NCBI GenBank assembly: GCA_001820175.1
Contig: MHOT01000018.1
Span: 15,401-73,703 of the forward strand
Reading direction: 5' to 3'
From: Candidatus Staskawiczbacteria bacterium RIFCSPHIGHO2_02_FULL_42_22
Lineage (GTDB): Bacteria > Patescibacteriota > Minisyncoccia > Minisyncoccales > Staskawiczbacteraceae
DNA length: 58,303 nt
In this document: piece by piece, positions 10,701-17,242 of the stretch
Position numbering within the stretch: the first letter of the stretch is position 1
Layout of the letters: the number at the start of each line of letters is the position of its first letter
Notes under the pieces: generated by a model
The model's input: only the letters and a program-made list of their open reading frames with translations
Told to the model about the DNA's origin: nothing
The model's database searches: none
Program-made: the position numbers and the translations under genes

Positions 10701-13700
10701 TTAGATGGCAACAAAACGGTTAATGATTTGACGATTAATACTGGGGGTGTGCTGGATGCCAATACCACCAGCAATTACGGTCTGACGCTGACGGGCAATT
10801 GGAGTAATGCTGGCACTTTTACCGCGCGGGCAGGGACGGTTAATTTAACTTCTACTTCTTCAAGCGCCACCCTCACCAGCGGAAGTTCTTCTTTCTACAA
10901 CCTCACCCAAAATGGTTCGGGAGGTACCTACACCCTGCAGGATCACTTAACTACTGCTGCTACCCTCACCCTTACCCAGGGAATCTTTGCTGCTAATGAC
11001 AAAAATGTAACAGTGAACGTATTTAGTTCTTCTAACTCCAATACAAGAACTATCACCATGGGAACAGGAACCTGGACGTTAACTGGTAATAATACTACCA
11101 TCTGGAATACTTCAACTAATACCAACTTAACGCTTAATAGAGGCAATGCGATTGTTTCTAATTATAGTGGCTCTACGGGAACTAGAACTATAACAGGGTC
11201 TTCCATAGATGAAGCCACGAGTGCTGATTTTAATATTACCGCAGGATCAGATTCGGTCTTTATTACCGATGGAACTTCCGTACGCAATTTAGATTTCACG
11301 GGGTTTACTGGAACACTGTCTTCAAGTGACTGGCATATCTACGGTAATTTGGTTCTAGCTTCGGGCATGACGATAACGGGAGCAGGCAACAATATTACAT
11401 TTCGTGCAACTTCAGGTCCAAAAACGATTACCAGTAACGGAAAAACCCTTGGATATTCCCTTATCTTTAATGGCACTGGAGGCAGTTGGCAGCTTGTCGA
11501 TGACCTTAGTCTTGATTCCGGCAGTACTTTAACGATTACCCGAGGCACCTTTGACGCTAATAACCAGAACCTAACGACAGGACGACTCTCTTCTTCAAAC
11601 TCGAATACCCGTACTATCACCATGGGAAGCGGCACATGGACGTTAGCTGGCACCACTGGCACGCCTTGGGATACTTCTACTAGTACCAATCTGACACTCA
11701 ATGTTAATACCTCTACGGTGGCCTACGCGGGTAATAATGCGGGTGGCAATACCACCGTCGCCAATGTCACCTACAATAACCTGACGCTCAACAATTCTTC
11801 TGAAACGTTTGACTTGGGCGGAAACACTACCGTCAATAATAATGTCACTATCACCGCGGGAACGCTGGATGCCGTATCTGGCTCAAACTACACCATGAGC
11901 GTCGGAGGCAACTTTGCCAACTCCGGAACCTTCACCGCCCGCAGCGGCACCGTCACCCTCACTTCAACCTCCGCCAGCGCCACACTCACTTCCGGCGGCT
12001 CCAGTTTTTACAATCTCACCCAAAACGGCTCGGGCGGCACCTACACGTTGCAGGATGCGTTAACCGCTTCAAATAATCTAACCATTACCGCCGGAACTCT
12101 GGACACCAAGTCCGGCTCCGATTTTGGAGTAAGTATCGGTAATAATTATTCCAACTCCGGCACCTTTACCGCCCGATCCGGCACCGTCACCCTCACTTCA
12201 ACCTCCGCCAGCGCCACACTCACTTCCGGCGGCTCCAGTTTTTACAATCTCACCCAAAACGGCTCGGGAGGAACTTATACATTGCAAGATGCCCTCGCCA
12301 CCACCAATAATTTAACCATCACCGCCGGCACGCTCGACACCAAATCGGGCAGCAATTTTGCAATTTCCGTCGGCGGCAACTTTGCAAACTCGGGAACGTT
12401 TACCGCCCGCGAAGGCACCGTCACCCTCACCTCAACCTCCGCCAGCGCCACGCTCGACCCCGGAGGAACCACCTTTTACAACCTCACCCAAAACGGCTCA
12501 GGCGGCACCTACACCTTGCAGGGCGGCCTTGGTACGAGCAACAATCTAACCATCACTGCCGGCACCCTCGACACCAAGTCCGGTTCAAACTACGGTGTCT
12601 CGGTCGGAGGCACCTGGTCACGATCGGGAACGTTTACCGCGCGCTCCGCCAATTTCACCCTTACCGGAACTTCCACCTTTTCAGATACCATGTCGTTTTA
12701 CAATTTCATCATTAATGGTTCGGGCATCACCGCCACGCTGGGAGCCGACCTGACTGCCACGGGTACCTTAACCGTCACTCAGGGAACCTTAACTGCGGTT
12801 ACCTACAATGTAACTGCCGCCAATGTTGCCTCCGCCAACACCAACACCCGAACTATTTCCATGGGCACGGGCACTTGGACCTTATCGGGCACGGGAACCG
12901 TGTGGGATACTTCAACGACTACTAACCTTACCTTAAACGAAAGCACCTCCACTATTTCTTTGACTGACACTTCTTCTACTGTCAAAACCTTTGCCGGCGG
13001 CGGTGAGACATTTTACAATGTAAGTATTACTGCCTCCGGCACTGGGGCAATTATCGTAAGCGGAAGCAACACTTTCAACAACTTCACCATCAATCCGCCC
13101 AAGACCGTCACCTTTACTTCATCAACGACGCAAACCATCGGTGGGACGTTTTCCTGTACGGGAACTTCAGGTAACGTCATCACCATTAACGCTTCAACGG
13201 GCGGAACCGCCGCTACGCTTTCTAAGTCCTCGGGCACCGTATCTTGCGACTACCTACACTTAACTGATTCGGCCGCTACGGGGGGAGCTACTTGGGACCC
13301 GGGAGACAATTCCACCGACAACGGCGGCAACAGCGGCTGGGTGTTTAACACTGCCCCCTCTATTTCCGCCGGTCCTTCGGACCTTGGGGCCCTGTCGTCT
13401 CCCGCCAACGCCGGCTCGAACGTGACGTTCACCGCCACCGCCACCGATACCCAATCAGACAATTATTATTTAGCCGTTTGTAAAACCAATAGCATCACCG
13501 CTGCCAATAGCGCCGCCCCTACCTGCGGCGGAGGCAGTTGGGCCATTTCCAGCGCCACCGCTGCGGGGAGCCAGGCCTCGGTAACCTATGCCACGGTAGC
13601 AGGCGACAGCGAATCAAACGTTTGGTACGCATTTGTCTGTGATCAAAATAGCAACTCCTTCTGTTCTTCTTCCAGCCAGGGTTTGGGCAGCAACGGCTCG

Positions 13701-15590
13701 CCTTTTGAGGTCAACCACGTTCCTGCTTTCACGGCCGTCTCTAATACCTCCGGGGCCGTTACCACGGGTAACGCGGTTTCGTTTACTTCAACGGCCTCTG
13801 ATTCCGACACCGATTCCTCTGCCGATACCGTCACATTATATATCTGCAAATCCAACGATTTCGCTTCCGGCGTCTGCGGCTCGGCCGGCACCTGGTGCAG
13901 TTCATCAGCCAGTTCCTCTGATCCCTCGTGCAATTACACCATTGTCCAAGACGACGGCGACAGCGACCACTCCTACTATGCTTATATCGTTGATAACCAC
14001 AGTTTTGAATCAACTTCCAATCCCCGCACCGGCACCTTCACCTCTGATGTCATCGTTTCGTTTGGCGGAGGTGGTGGTGGTGGTGGAGGAGGAGGCGGAG
14101 GAGGTGGTGGTGGCGGCGGCGGCTCCGGCGGCGGTGGCTCAACCACGCCCCCCGAAGAATCCACCCCGGCCAGCCCCATCACCCCTATTATTGACATCAT
14201 CTCGGGGCCCATCAGCCAGGCCGGAGAAATCATCCAGGATATCGGCCAGGAAATCATCGATATTATTTTACCAAAGCCCAAACCATTGTCCCTTCCTCCC
14301 ATTCAAGAAGTGGTTGACACAAAACCACCGTTGGCGCTTACGGGCGATTGGGATCTGCTCTTTGGAGCCCAGATCAGAGAGTTCCTCTTCCATCCGTTGC
14401 CCTCTGACTTGAGCACTCTGGCCCAAAAGTTGCCCGAGGTAAAAAAGACCTTCACCGACACAGGGGTATCCACTCTGAATATGGTGGTGCAAAAATTACA
14501 GGGAGTGGAGTTGGCTATTCCGGGGATAAACCAGCGAATTGCGGCCCAAGAAATCGCTCTGCAAAAAATCGCCGATTCCCCAATATTGCCAGGAACCGAA
14601 CTGGCGGCTCCGGCATTGCCTGATAAAAAACTGCCAGCCGGCCAGCTTGGTCTAAACCAGCTTACCCTGCCCAAGAACATTCCTCTGGCCGAACTTCCGG
14701 CCATCGTTAAAACCTCCCTCCCTGGCGAGGTGGTCTTTGCCAGAACCCAAAATGAACTGATTGATTTTAATATCATTGTTTCCTTAAACGACCGCGGGCA
14801 GGCCGAGCAAAGGATTAACGCGGTTTCCGGCACCAATTTAAAGTTTGCCGTAAAGCCCTTAGCTCCGGTCGAAAGCGTTAAAGGGTACCTGGTGCTTTTG
14901 TCGGCTCAAACCAAAAAAACTGTATTTGAAGCACCGCTCAAGTTCCTGAAGGCCTCACTGGCCTTTGCTAATCCGCAGTTTGCCAAAAATCTCGAGGGCG
15001 AACCCGCCATTGAAAAAAAGTTCCTCTTAGCCGAATTTGACTATGCCGATCCCGATGAAGATGGCATCTGGACTGCCGAGGTTACGGCTCCCGCAGTTGA
15101 GGGAGAGTACGAGGTGATTACCATTATGAATTACAAGGACGTTACCATTGGTAACAGGGAAGTGCGGCTGATTGTGGTGGTAGATCCCGAGGGCTATGTG
15201 TATAGTAATATCATGGGCGGAGAATTACGAATTAACCAAGCCGAGGTTTCTTTGTATTGGCTCAACCCCGTGACAAAAAATTATGAGCTTTGGCCCGGTG
15301 ATGGCTTCCAGCAAAAAAACCCCCAGGTAACTGATAAAACCGGACGCTACGCCTTTTTGGTGCCGGAGGGAATGTACTACCTGACCGCCACCGCCCAAAA
15401 CTACCAGAAATTCCAATCAGAGGAATTTGGGGTCAGTGAAAACAACGGTGTCCACATTAACATTGAGATGGAAAGCAAGCTGTGGTGGTGGCTTAAATAT
15501 CTAGATTGGAAAACCTTGGCCGTGGTGGGGATGTTTGTATTATTGTCTTATATTATTATTAGTGGTAAAATGAGGAAAAGAAATCGGTAA
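1713..15590 (+). CDS. Giant (~4,600 aa) surface/adhesin-like protein: N-terminal TM, Pro/Glu-rich linker, Hint domain, ~3,000 aa of Thr/Ser/Gly/Asn-rich beta-helix-like repeats, Cys-containing Ig-like domains, poly-Gly linker, carboxypeptidase-regulatory-like domain, C-terminal TM
   Basis: Uninterrupted ORF; hydrophobic segment WVALVLLFVSCATVSG; repeat TFTARSGTVTLTSTSASATLTSGGSSFYNLTQNGSGGTYTLQD; C-terminal hydrophobic helix followed by KMRKRNR. True start uncertain (GTG 1713, ATG 1761 or ATG 2076). Confidence 0.9.
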   Translation: MCGTINRITTRNVIFLMKRKPVTHSFAIPIKQAKKEAPVFVNVRIIDKDRWFSIRSFLRFFARAKNWYCKRFVGSLLPSLRAAAAAARVGLTVYNRLNEIATAARPRARRLAMTCGKTLHLMYLHALKRIFPSRRLSLRQWVALVLLFVSCATVSGNLLFSRVQRYVLEGKIIKQVATVQTAPVVAHLPVPYTTLVNRTAITKDRYLVALPKGATNITVKRISQKEAQKITSSNNEFLSGQLTLLERQQLASANRKITSGSPLSFINFGLFVSDGLSAMVGRFANIFAKKLIAAEASASEEAVVQEPAPEAPAPESVAPEPSVPESSAPEPVAPEAPLVEVPVLDEVGPRTASELPDPIESETIPEVPESETIPAESASADTSTSDDPTESITPEIIETPDAILVDLSEEGLDENMPDETEAPATENRGGPTSTVSQEPVSFAPSGDPVFESAGQVLGESISSAEAIQTVSSSDQPVVSSNEIVPMPEPSGILDEVGTSPSPLDSARNDESEIASDAPRNDESNESAPDQNTTDDSLLPEAAQSDEEEFIQIDYELPAPQITEQDTATGKEVTVFAENEDPKNPLTNVLAFTTIPEIFNVGQESKIQIKWVNNDGQIMPFTAHDTDQNGKLDYLEWTVPHLSEQTFNIIFISKAFQLDQDKNIIADIYDQVSFQDNNYATIENNQYVRVTFEIPFTSQNNIKLYAKSDTIGAIEVYPVYTDAEGNLTEGDIIATSGNITNEGFHEILLTNLQTPTEVFDLKITGVAPPAGGAESGATQAISIDYIVYADFDYSPNKILTPTGYKNISELNIGDEIIGYENGQQVVNQVENIEQRRPEDYHYWEKDEQGNETNYTEVPFTYYLINETWELFKDQSIFTKDRLVHASELNVGDIIYDANHQPIKITSIRNGEDHIQWTRFTVSGNHTYIADGLLMHNASRYWVALIDPSNVSEGGWGSDAPTGGSCMSLVASVPGSSDVAIFDADCDTSANIDANWSLAGFSMESGYTGTVTQNTTITLTVGSSNYSQLGGTFTVGDAAIDINGSFTLSNAGTAFTSTSATMTISGSLTTSSSPTFTHNSGTVTFDGTSTSSTSVDASSVTFNAVTINRTISTGSFAPTFTVTSNTTIPLGNSPTLTLNNSDTVNGAYYLTNNGTITVGTGTFTSTVDGGITNSGGSTISGSVTSWTQNGNITNNGTITLSSLATLDVNSQTNAAGIASIGSFTNGASDTLTTASSPTLTINGSLTVDSTSTFPTNATVTFDGAIGASSTVDASGVTFTSVTINRTIATGSLAPTFTVANGTTLPLGNSPTLTLNNTDTVNGQYYLTNNGTITVGTGTFTSNVDGGITNSVTTGVISGSVTAWTQNGNMTNNGTITMSSLATLDVNSATGTGIIGSFTSGSASTLTTAASPTMTFNGSLTVTSGATFPTNPTVTFDGAITASSTVNASGVTFASVTINRSISNGSVTPTFTVTSGTTLPLGNSPTLTLNNADTVNGQYYLTNNGTITVGTGTFTSNVDGGITNSVTTGVISGSVTAWTQNGNMTNNGTITMSSLATLDVNSATGTGIIGSFTAGASSTLTTAATPTMTFNGSLTVTSGAVFPASSAVTFDGSTTSGTLTCGGVTLGSFTVNKTSSGTVTVGDDCTISGALTRTDGAINNPAAAKVWTVQGAFSMSTTDTFGGANLTLTMGGSSAQTITQNAGTMSGVFKVDKTGSNAASLSTNFTTGTTCNVVEGAFAITNKTFTCGSTFTVEDGGTFQRAGSETTTAPTLNSGSTVTYVGDGDAATDTITITGSNTDYHHLILNATDGASDTFQLGAGITVAGNFTNTAGTFNANTQTVTLDGTDQTLAGSTTFAALVKQETTNDATNKTLTFTSGTTTTISSTLILDGLDADDNLIIAASAASAATIDFTGSSTFSTTGYLTVSYNTATDNSSGVSLPLSPANSTDSGNTTGWFAPTYSIGGTVYTDEGVTNIGSLKTVAISINGAAAAGTDDTDASGVYSITGLTISANDVLTLYIDGETEKGVTVTLASGSDQTSVHIFQNYLITRCDNACSLTNTNLDTGDNNADTDISAIYSVVSDDDGDPLTIAAGKSLYIPVSHTFAPGGTVSVGGNFSNNGTFTHGSSTVTLTSTSASATLKTNASSLYNLTQDGSEGTYTLQDALTVSNNLTITAGTLDTKSGSNYGITIGNNFFNGGTFTAQSGTVTFNATATGKTITDAGGGAPFYNLTFNGVGGGWTLGNNTTVSNVLTITNGTLALGFNITLTLSGTTGAPFSNSGTFTAGTSSVTYTGNNTGGNTTIANVTYSTLRVNNGSETYVLAGDTTVNANLTISAGTLDAVAGSNYSLTVGNNYSNAGTFAAQEGTVTFTATATGKTITTGGSSFYNLTFNGVGGGWTLQDAATVSNVLTITNGTLDGGSVNLTLSGTTGTPFTSAGTFTANTGTVFYTGNNAGGNTTIANVTYYNLGPDNASETFVLAGNTTVNNIFVMTASTTLDVVSGQNYSLSVGGNWNNAGIFTARSGTVTLTSTSAGATLTSGGSSFYNLTQNGSGGTYTLQDALATTNNLTITAGTLDTKSGSDFGVSIGNNYSNSGTFTPRSGTVTLTATATGKTITSGTGGFYNLTFNGSGGGWTLQDATTVSNVLTITAGTLDAGSQTLTLSGTTGTPFSIAGTFTESTSTVSFTGNNAGGNTTIPADTYYNLTVNNASEAYTLAGDITVSRVLTVTAGTLVSTSKTITLSGTTGTPFSVSGSYSVTTGTVTYTGNNSIGNTIVANVIYNNLTLNNASETFDLAGNTTVAANLTITAGTLDAVSGSNYTLNVAGNWSNSGTFTAQNGTVTLDGTNQSITGTTTFYNLSKTEGLNDSTDETLTFTASTTYTVSNTLTLDGRDANDRINIVSSAGGTKFTLDLTGAAQTADFLDVIDSQTSTNNNTCTSCVNSGNTDSAESAPHWVFSAGTVTWTGTTSTVWSTGTNWDSGSAPNDTDNVVIADVTNDPILDGNKTVNDLTINTGGVLDANTTSNYGLTLTGNWSNAGTFTARAGTVNLTSTSSSATLTSGSSSFYNLTQNGSGGTYTLQDHLTTAATLTLTQGIFAANDKNVTVNVFSSSNSNTRTITMGTGTWTLTGNNTTIWNTSTNTNLTLNRGNAIVSNYSGSTGTRTITGSSIDEATSADFNITAGSDSVFITDGTSVRNLDFTGFTGTLSSSDWHIYGNLVLASGMTITGAGNNITFRATSGPKTITSNGKTLGYSLIFNGTGGSWQLVDDLSLDSGSTLTITRGTFDANNQNLTTGRLSSSNSNTRTITMGSGTWTLAGTTGTPWDTSTSTNLTLNVNTSTVAYAGNNAGGNTTVANVTYNNLTLNNSSETFDLGGNTTVNNNVTITAGTLDAVSGSNYTMSVGGNFANSGTFTARSGTVTLTSTSASATLTSGGSSFYNLTQNGSGGTYTLQDALTASNNLTITAGTLDTKSGSDFGVSIGNNYSNSGTFTARSGTVTLTSTSASATLTSGGSSFYNLTQNGSGGTYTLQDALATTNNLTITAGTLDTKSGSNFAISVGGNFANSGTFTAREGTVTLTSTSASATLDPGGTTFYNLTQNGSGGTYTLQGGLGTSNNLTITAGTLDTKSGSNYGVSVGGTWSRSGTFTARSANFTLTGTSTFSDTMSFYNFIINGSGITATLGADLTATGTLTVTQGTLTAVTYNVTAANVASANTNTRTISMGTGTWTLSGTGTVWDTSTTTNLTLNESTSTISLTDTSSTVKTFAGGGETFYNVSITASGTGAIIVSGSNTFNNFTINPPKTVTFTSSTTQTIGGTFSCTGTSGNVITINASTGGTAATLSKSSGTVSCDYLHLTDSAATGGATWDPGDNSTDNGGNSGWVFNTAPSISAGPSDLGALSSPANAGSNVTFTATATDTQSDNYYLAVCKTNSITAANSAAPTCGGGSWAISSATAAGSQASVTYATVAGDSESNVWYAFVCDQNSNSFCSSSSQGLGSNGSPFEVNHVPAFTAVSNTSGAVTTGNAVSFTSTASDSDTDSSADTVTLYICKSNDFASGVCGSAGTWCSSSASSSDPSCNYTIVQDDGDSDHSYYAYIVDNHSFESTSNPRTGTFTSDVIVSFGGGGGGGGGGGGGGGGGGGGSGGGGSTTPPEESTPASPITPIIDIISGPISQAGEIIQDIGQEIIDIILPKPKPLSLPPIQEVVDTKPPLALTGDWDLLFGAQIREFLFHPLPSDLSTLAQKLPEVKKTFTDTGVSTLNMVVQKLQGVELAIPGINQRIAAQEIALQKIADSPILPGTELAAPALPDKKLPAGQLGLNQLTLPKNIPLAELPAIVKTSLPGEVVFARTQNELIDFNIIVSLNDRGQAEQRINAVSGTNLKFAVKPLAPVESVKGYLVLLSAQTKKTVFEAPLKFLKASLAFANPQFAKNLEGEPAIEKKFLLAEFDYADPDEDGIWTAEVTAPAVEGEYEVITIMNYKDVTIGNREVRLIVVVDPEGYVYSNIMGGELRINQAEVSLYWLNPVTKNYELWPGDGFQQKNPQVTDKTGRYAFLVPEGMYYLTATAQNYQKFQSEEFGVSENNGVHINIEMESKLWWWLKYLDWKTLAVVGMFVLLSYIIISGKMRKRNR
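1945..2054. repeat. Family D palindrome in the 5' end of the giant ORF
   Basis: CGTCATTGCG...CGCAATGACG termini with GC-rich internal hairpins. Confidence 0.85.
4077..4517 (+). other. Hint (intein-like/BIL) domain within the giant protein, aa ~789-935
   Basis: KILTPTGYKNISELNIGDEI (block A-like), ASELNVGDII, FTVSGNHTYIADGLLMHN (blocks F/G with terminal His-Asn). Confidence 0.88.
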
Positions 15591-15629
15591 TTTTTAAAGT
15601 AAAAAATTACGATATTTTTCTTGTCAATT

Positions 15630-15983
15630 ATGAATCTCATAAAAATTATCGTTATCATCGTTCTCGTGCTTTCTTTGGCGGCCAATGTGGTGCTGGGAAT
15701 GCAATTATATTCGGCCGGTAAAAAGAATCAAGATTTAGGTTCTGCCATTCGTCTTAACGATACGGTGGCCAATTTTGCCGACCTTTTTATTGCCAAGGTT
15801 TTGCGAGCCAACGGTGAAATTTCATTTGAAGACCGTCTAAAAATTGAAAACGCGGTTCGGGATACCGAAGACAAAGATATTTATGACCAATGGCAAAAAT
15901 TTGTGGGAGCCGGAACCGAAGCAGAGGGCAGGGAAGAAATTAAAAACCTTCTGCAGTTGATTGTTGATAAACTCTCTCGGTAA
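15630..15983 (+). CDS. Hypothetical membrane-anchored protein
   Basis: N-terminal hydrophobic helix, then helical acidic domain; ATG at 15630, 40 bp downstream of the giant gene stop. Confidence 0.75.
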   Translation: MNLIKIIVIIVLVLSLAANVVLGMQLYSAGKKNQDLGSAIRLNDTVANFADLFIAKVLRANGEISFEDRLKIENAVRDTEDKDIYDQWQKFVGAGTEAEGREEIKNLLQLIVDKLSR

Positions 15984-16008
15984 TTTTTTTATTTTTCTAT
16001 TTACGTAA

Positions 16009-16285
16009 TAGACCTGTTGCGTATTAAGGATTTACTGCAAATTGCATATTTCGGCCACAAATTTGCTATACCTAGTATAATGTGTCGCTCGTTCGGAAAG
16101 GAATAATTGCGATTTTTCCTTTCCTCTCTCGCTTAGCACATTATAATTTTTCGGTCAAGATGTGGGTAAATTTGTAGCAACAAATTTCCCCATCTCCGGG
16201 CCTGGAGGCAAGCCGAAAAATTCTATCAAATTTCTGCCACAAAATCTTCAATTTTCGTAACAATCCTTAATACGCAACAGGTCTA
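16009..16285. mobile_element. Family A MITE-like palindromic element (277 bp; TIR TAGACCTGTTGCGTATTAAGGA)
   Basis: 22-bp perfect TIRs, no ORF, near-identical copies elsewhere in either orientation. Confidence 0.9.
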
Positions 16286-16348
16286 ATCTTTAAAATTAGA
16301 AGGCCTCGGCCTTCTTTTTTTTGCCTAATTTCGCCCGAGAAATTATTC

Positions 16349-16390
16349 ATTTTCCACAAATTTCCACGATCGTGGAAATTTGTGGAAAAT
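16349..16390. repeat. 42-bp perfect palindrome upstream of the PaaX-like gene
   Basis: ATTTTCCACAAATTTCCACGATCGTGGAAATTTGTGGAAAAT, ending 18 bp before the ATG. Confidence 0.95.
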
Positions 16391-16407
16391 AATGGTACAA
16401 TTTAAAT

Positions 16408-16998
16408 ATGAAAAAAACAAAACTCAGAAAAAAAATAAAAAGAGTCAAGAATACGAACAAAGAAACTCTGTCTAAAAAAATCTTATTATATCTTGGGGAA
16501 AAATCAAAAGAAATGTTAGATTTAAGCGTAAGGATTATGTTTGATTTTAAGAGTATTCGGTCGGAATTTGGAGTAAATTTGTATGGAAACTCTTATTATT
16601 TGCCTCGGGAATTTTATCGCTTAAAAAAGAGTCCTTATTTCTCTTATAGTCCTACCGAAGAAAAATTCTACCTTACAGAAAAGGGGCGCATTAAGATCAT
16701 AGAAAGTGTTCTAAGAAATAAAAAAATGAATCAAAAAAGGTGGGATGGTTTCTGGCGGGCGATTATTTTTGATATTCCCGAGGCAAGCCGAAACGACAGA
16801 GACTTTTTAAGAAAAGAATTGCGTTGGATTGGCTGCAAAGAAATACAAAAGAGCGTCTGGGTAACGCCTTTTGATTTTGAAAAGGAACTTATGGCAATTC
16901 TCACGTTATGGAAGCGGGATTTTAGAGGGAATATCCAATTTTTAAAAATAGAAAAAATATCTGGCGAAGAAGAAATAAAACAGTATTTTAACATATAG
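16408..16998 (+). CDS. PaaX-like / Cas2-like-fold putative regulator
   Basis: FYLTEKGR wing motif, then WDGFWRAIIFDIPEASRNDRDFLRKELRWIGCKEIQKSVWVTP, typical of PaaX C-terminal/Cas2-like CPR proteins. Confidence 0.8.
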   Translation: MKKTKLRKKIKRVKNTNKETLSKKILLYLGEKSKEMLDLSVRIMFDFKSIRSEFGVNLYGNSYYLPREFYRLKKSPYFSYSPTEEKFYLTEKGRIKIIESVLRNKKMNQKRWDGFWRAIIFDIPEASRNDRDFLRKELRWIGCKEIQKSVWVTPFDFEKELMAILTLWKRDFRGNIQFLKIEKISGEEEIKQYFNI

Positions 16999-17036
16999 CC
17001 ATAACTTCATTAATCTCGATTATTTTATTTAAATTT

Positions 17037-17078
17037 ATTTTCCACAAATTTCCACGATCGTGGAAATTTGTGGAAAAT
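17037..17078. repeat. 42-bp perfect palindrome downstream of the PaaX-like gene
   Basis: Identical to 16349-16390. Confidence 0.95.
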
Positions 17079-17242
17079 GGAAATTTCAGCGGCATTTCTT
17101 TTATCGCCCTCCGCATCTTTCTTTAGTGGATAGCCGTGGGTAGCATGGATAGATAGAAACGTATGCTAGAACGTATGATTGAAATAATACCTAAAAAAAT
17201 GTACAATCAAGTGCAACCATAAAACATGCGCAACTATAAAAT

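Noticed and set aside
14064-14123. Poly-Gly tract (~20 codons) as a phase-variation switch
   Set aside because: Mixed GGN codons; slippage by whole codons keeps the frame, so it is best read as a flexible linker.
2453-15416. Many minus-strand and alternate-frame ORFs inside the giant gene
   Set aside because: Shadow ORFs expected from ACC/GGC-rich repetitive codons; no independent motifs.
17155-17180. LexA/SOS box before uvrA
   Set aside because: Only a short direct repeat (AACGTATG twice) and GAAC-N4-GATT, two mismatches from GAAC-N4-GTTC; too weak without the lineage motif.
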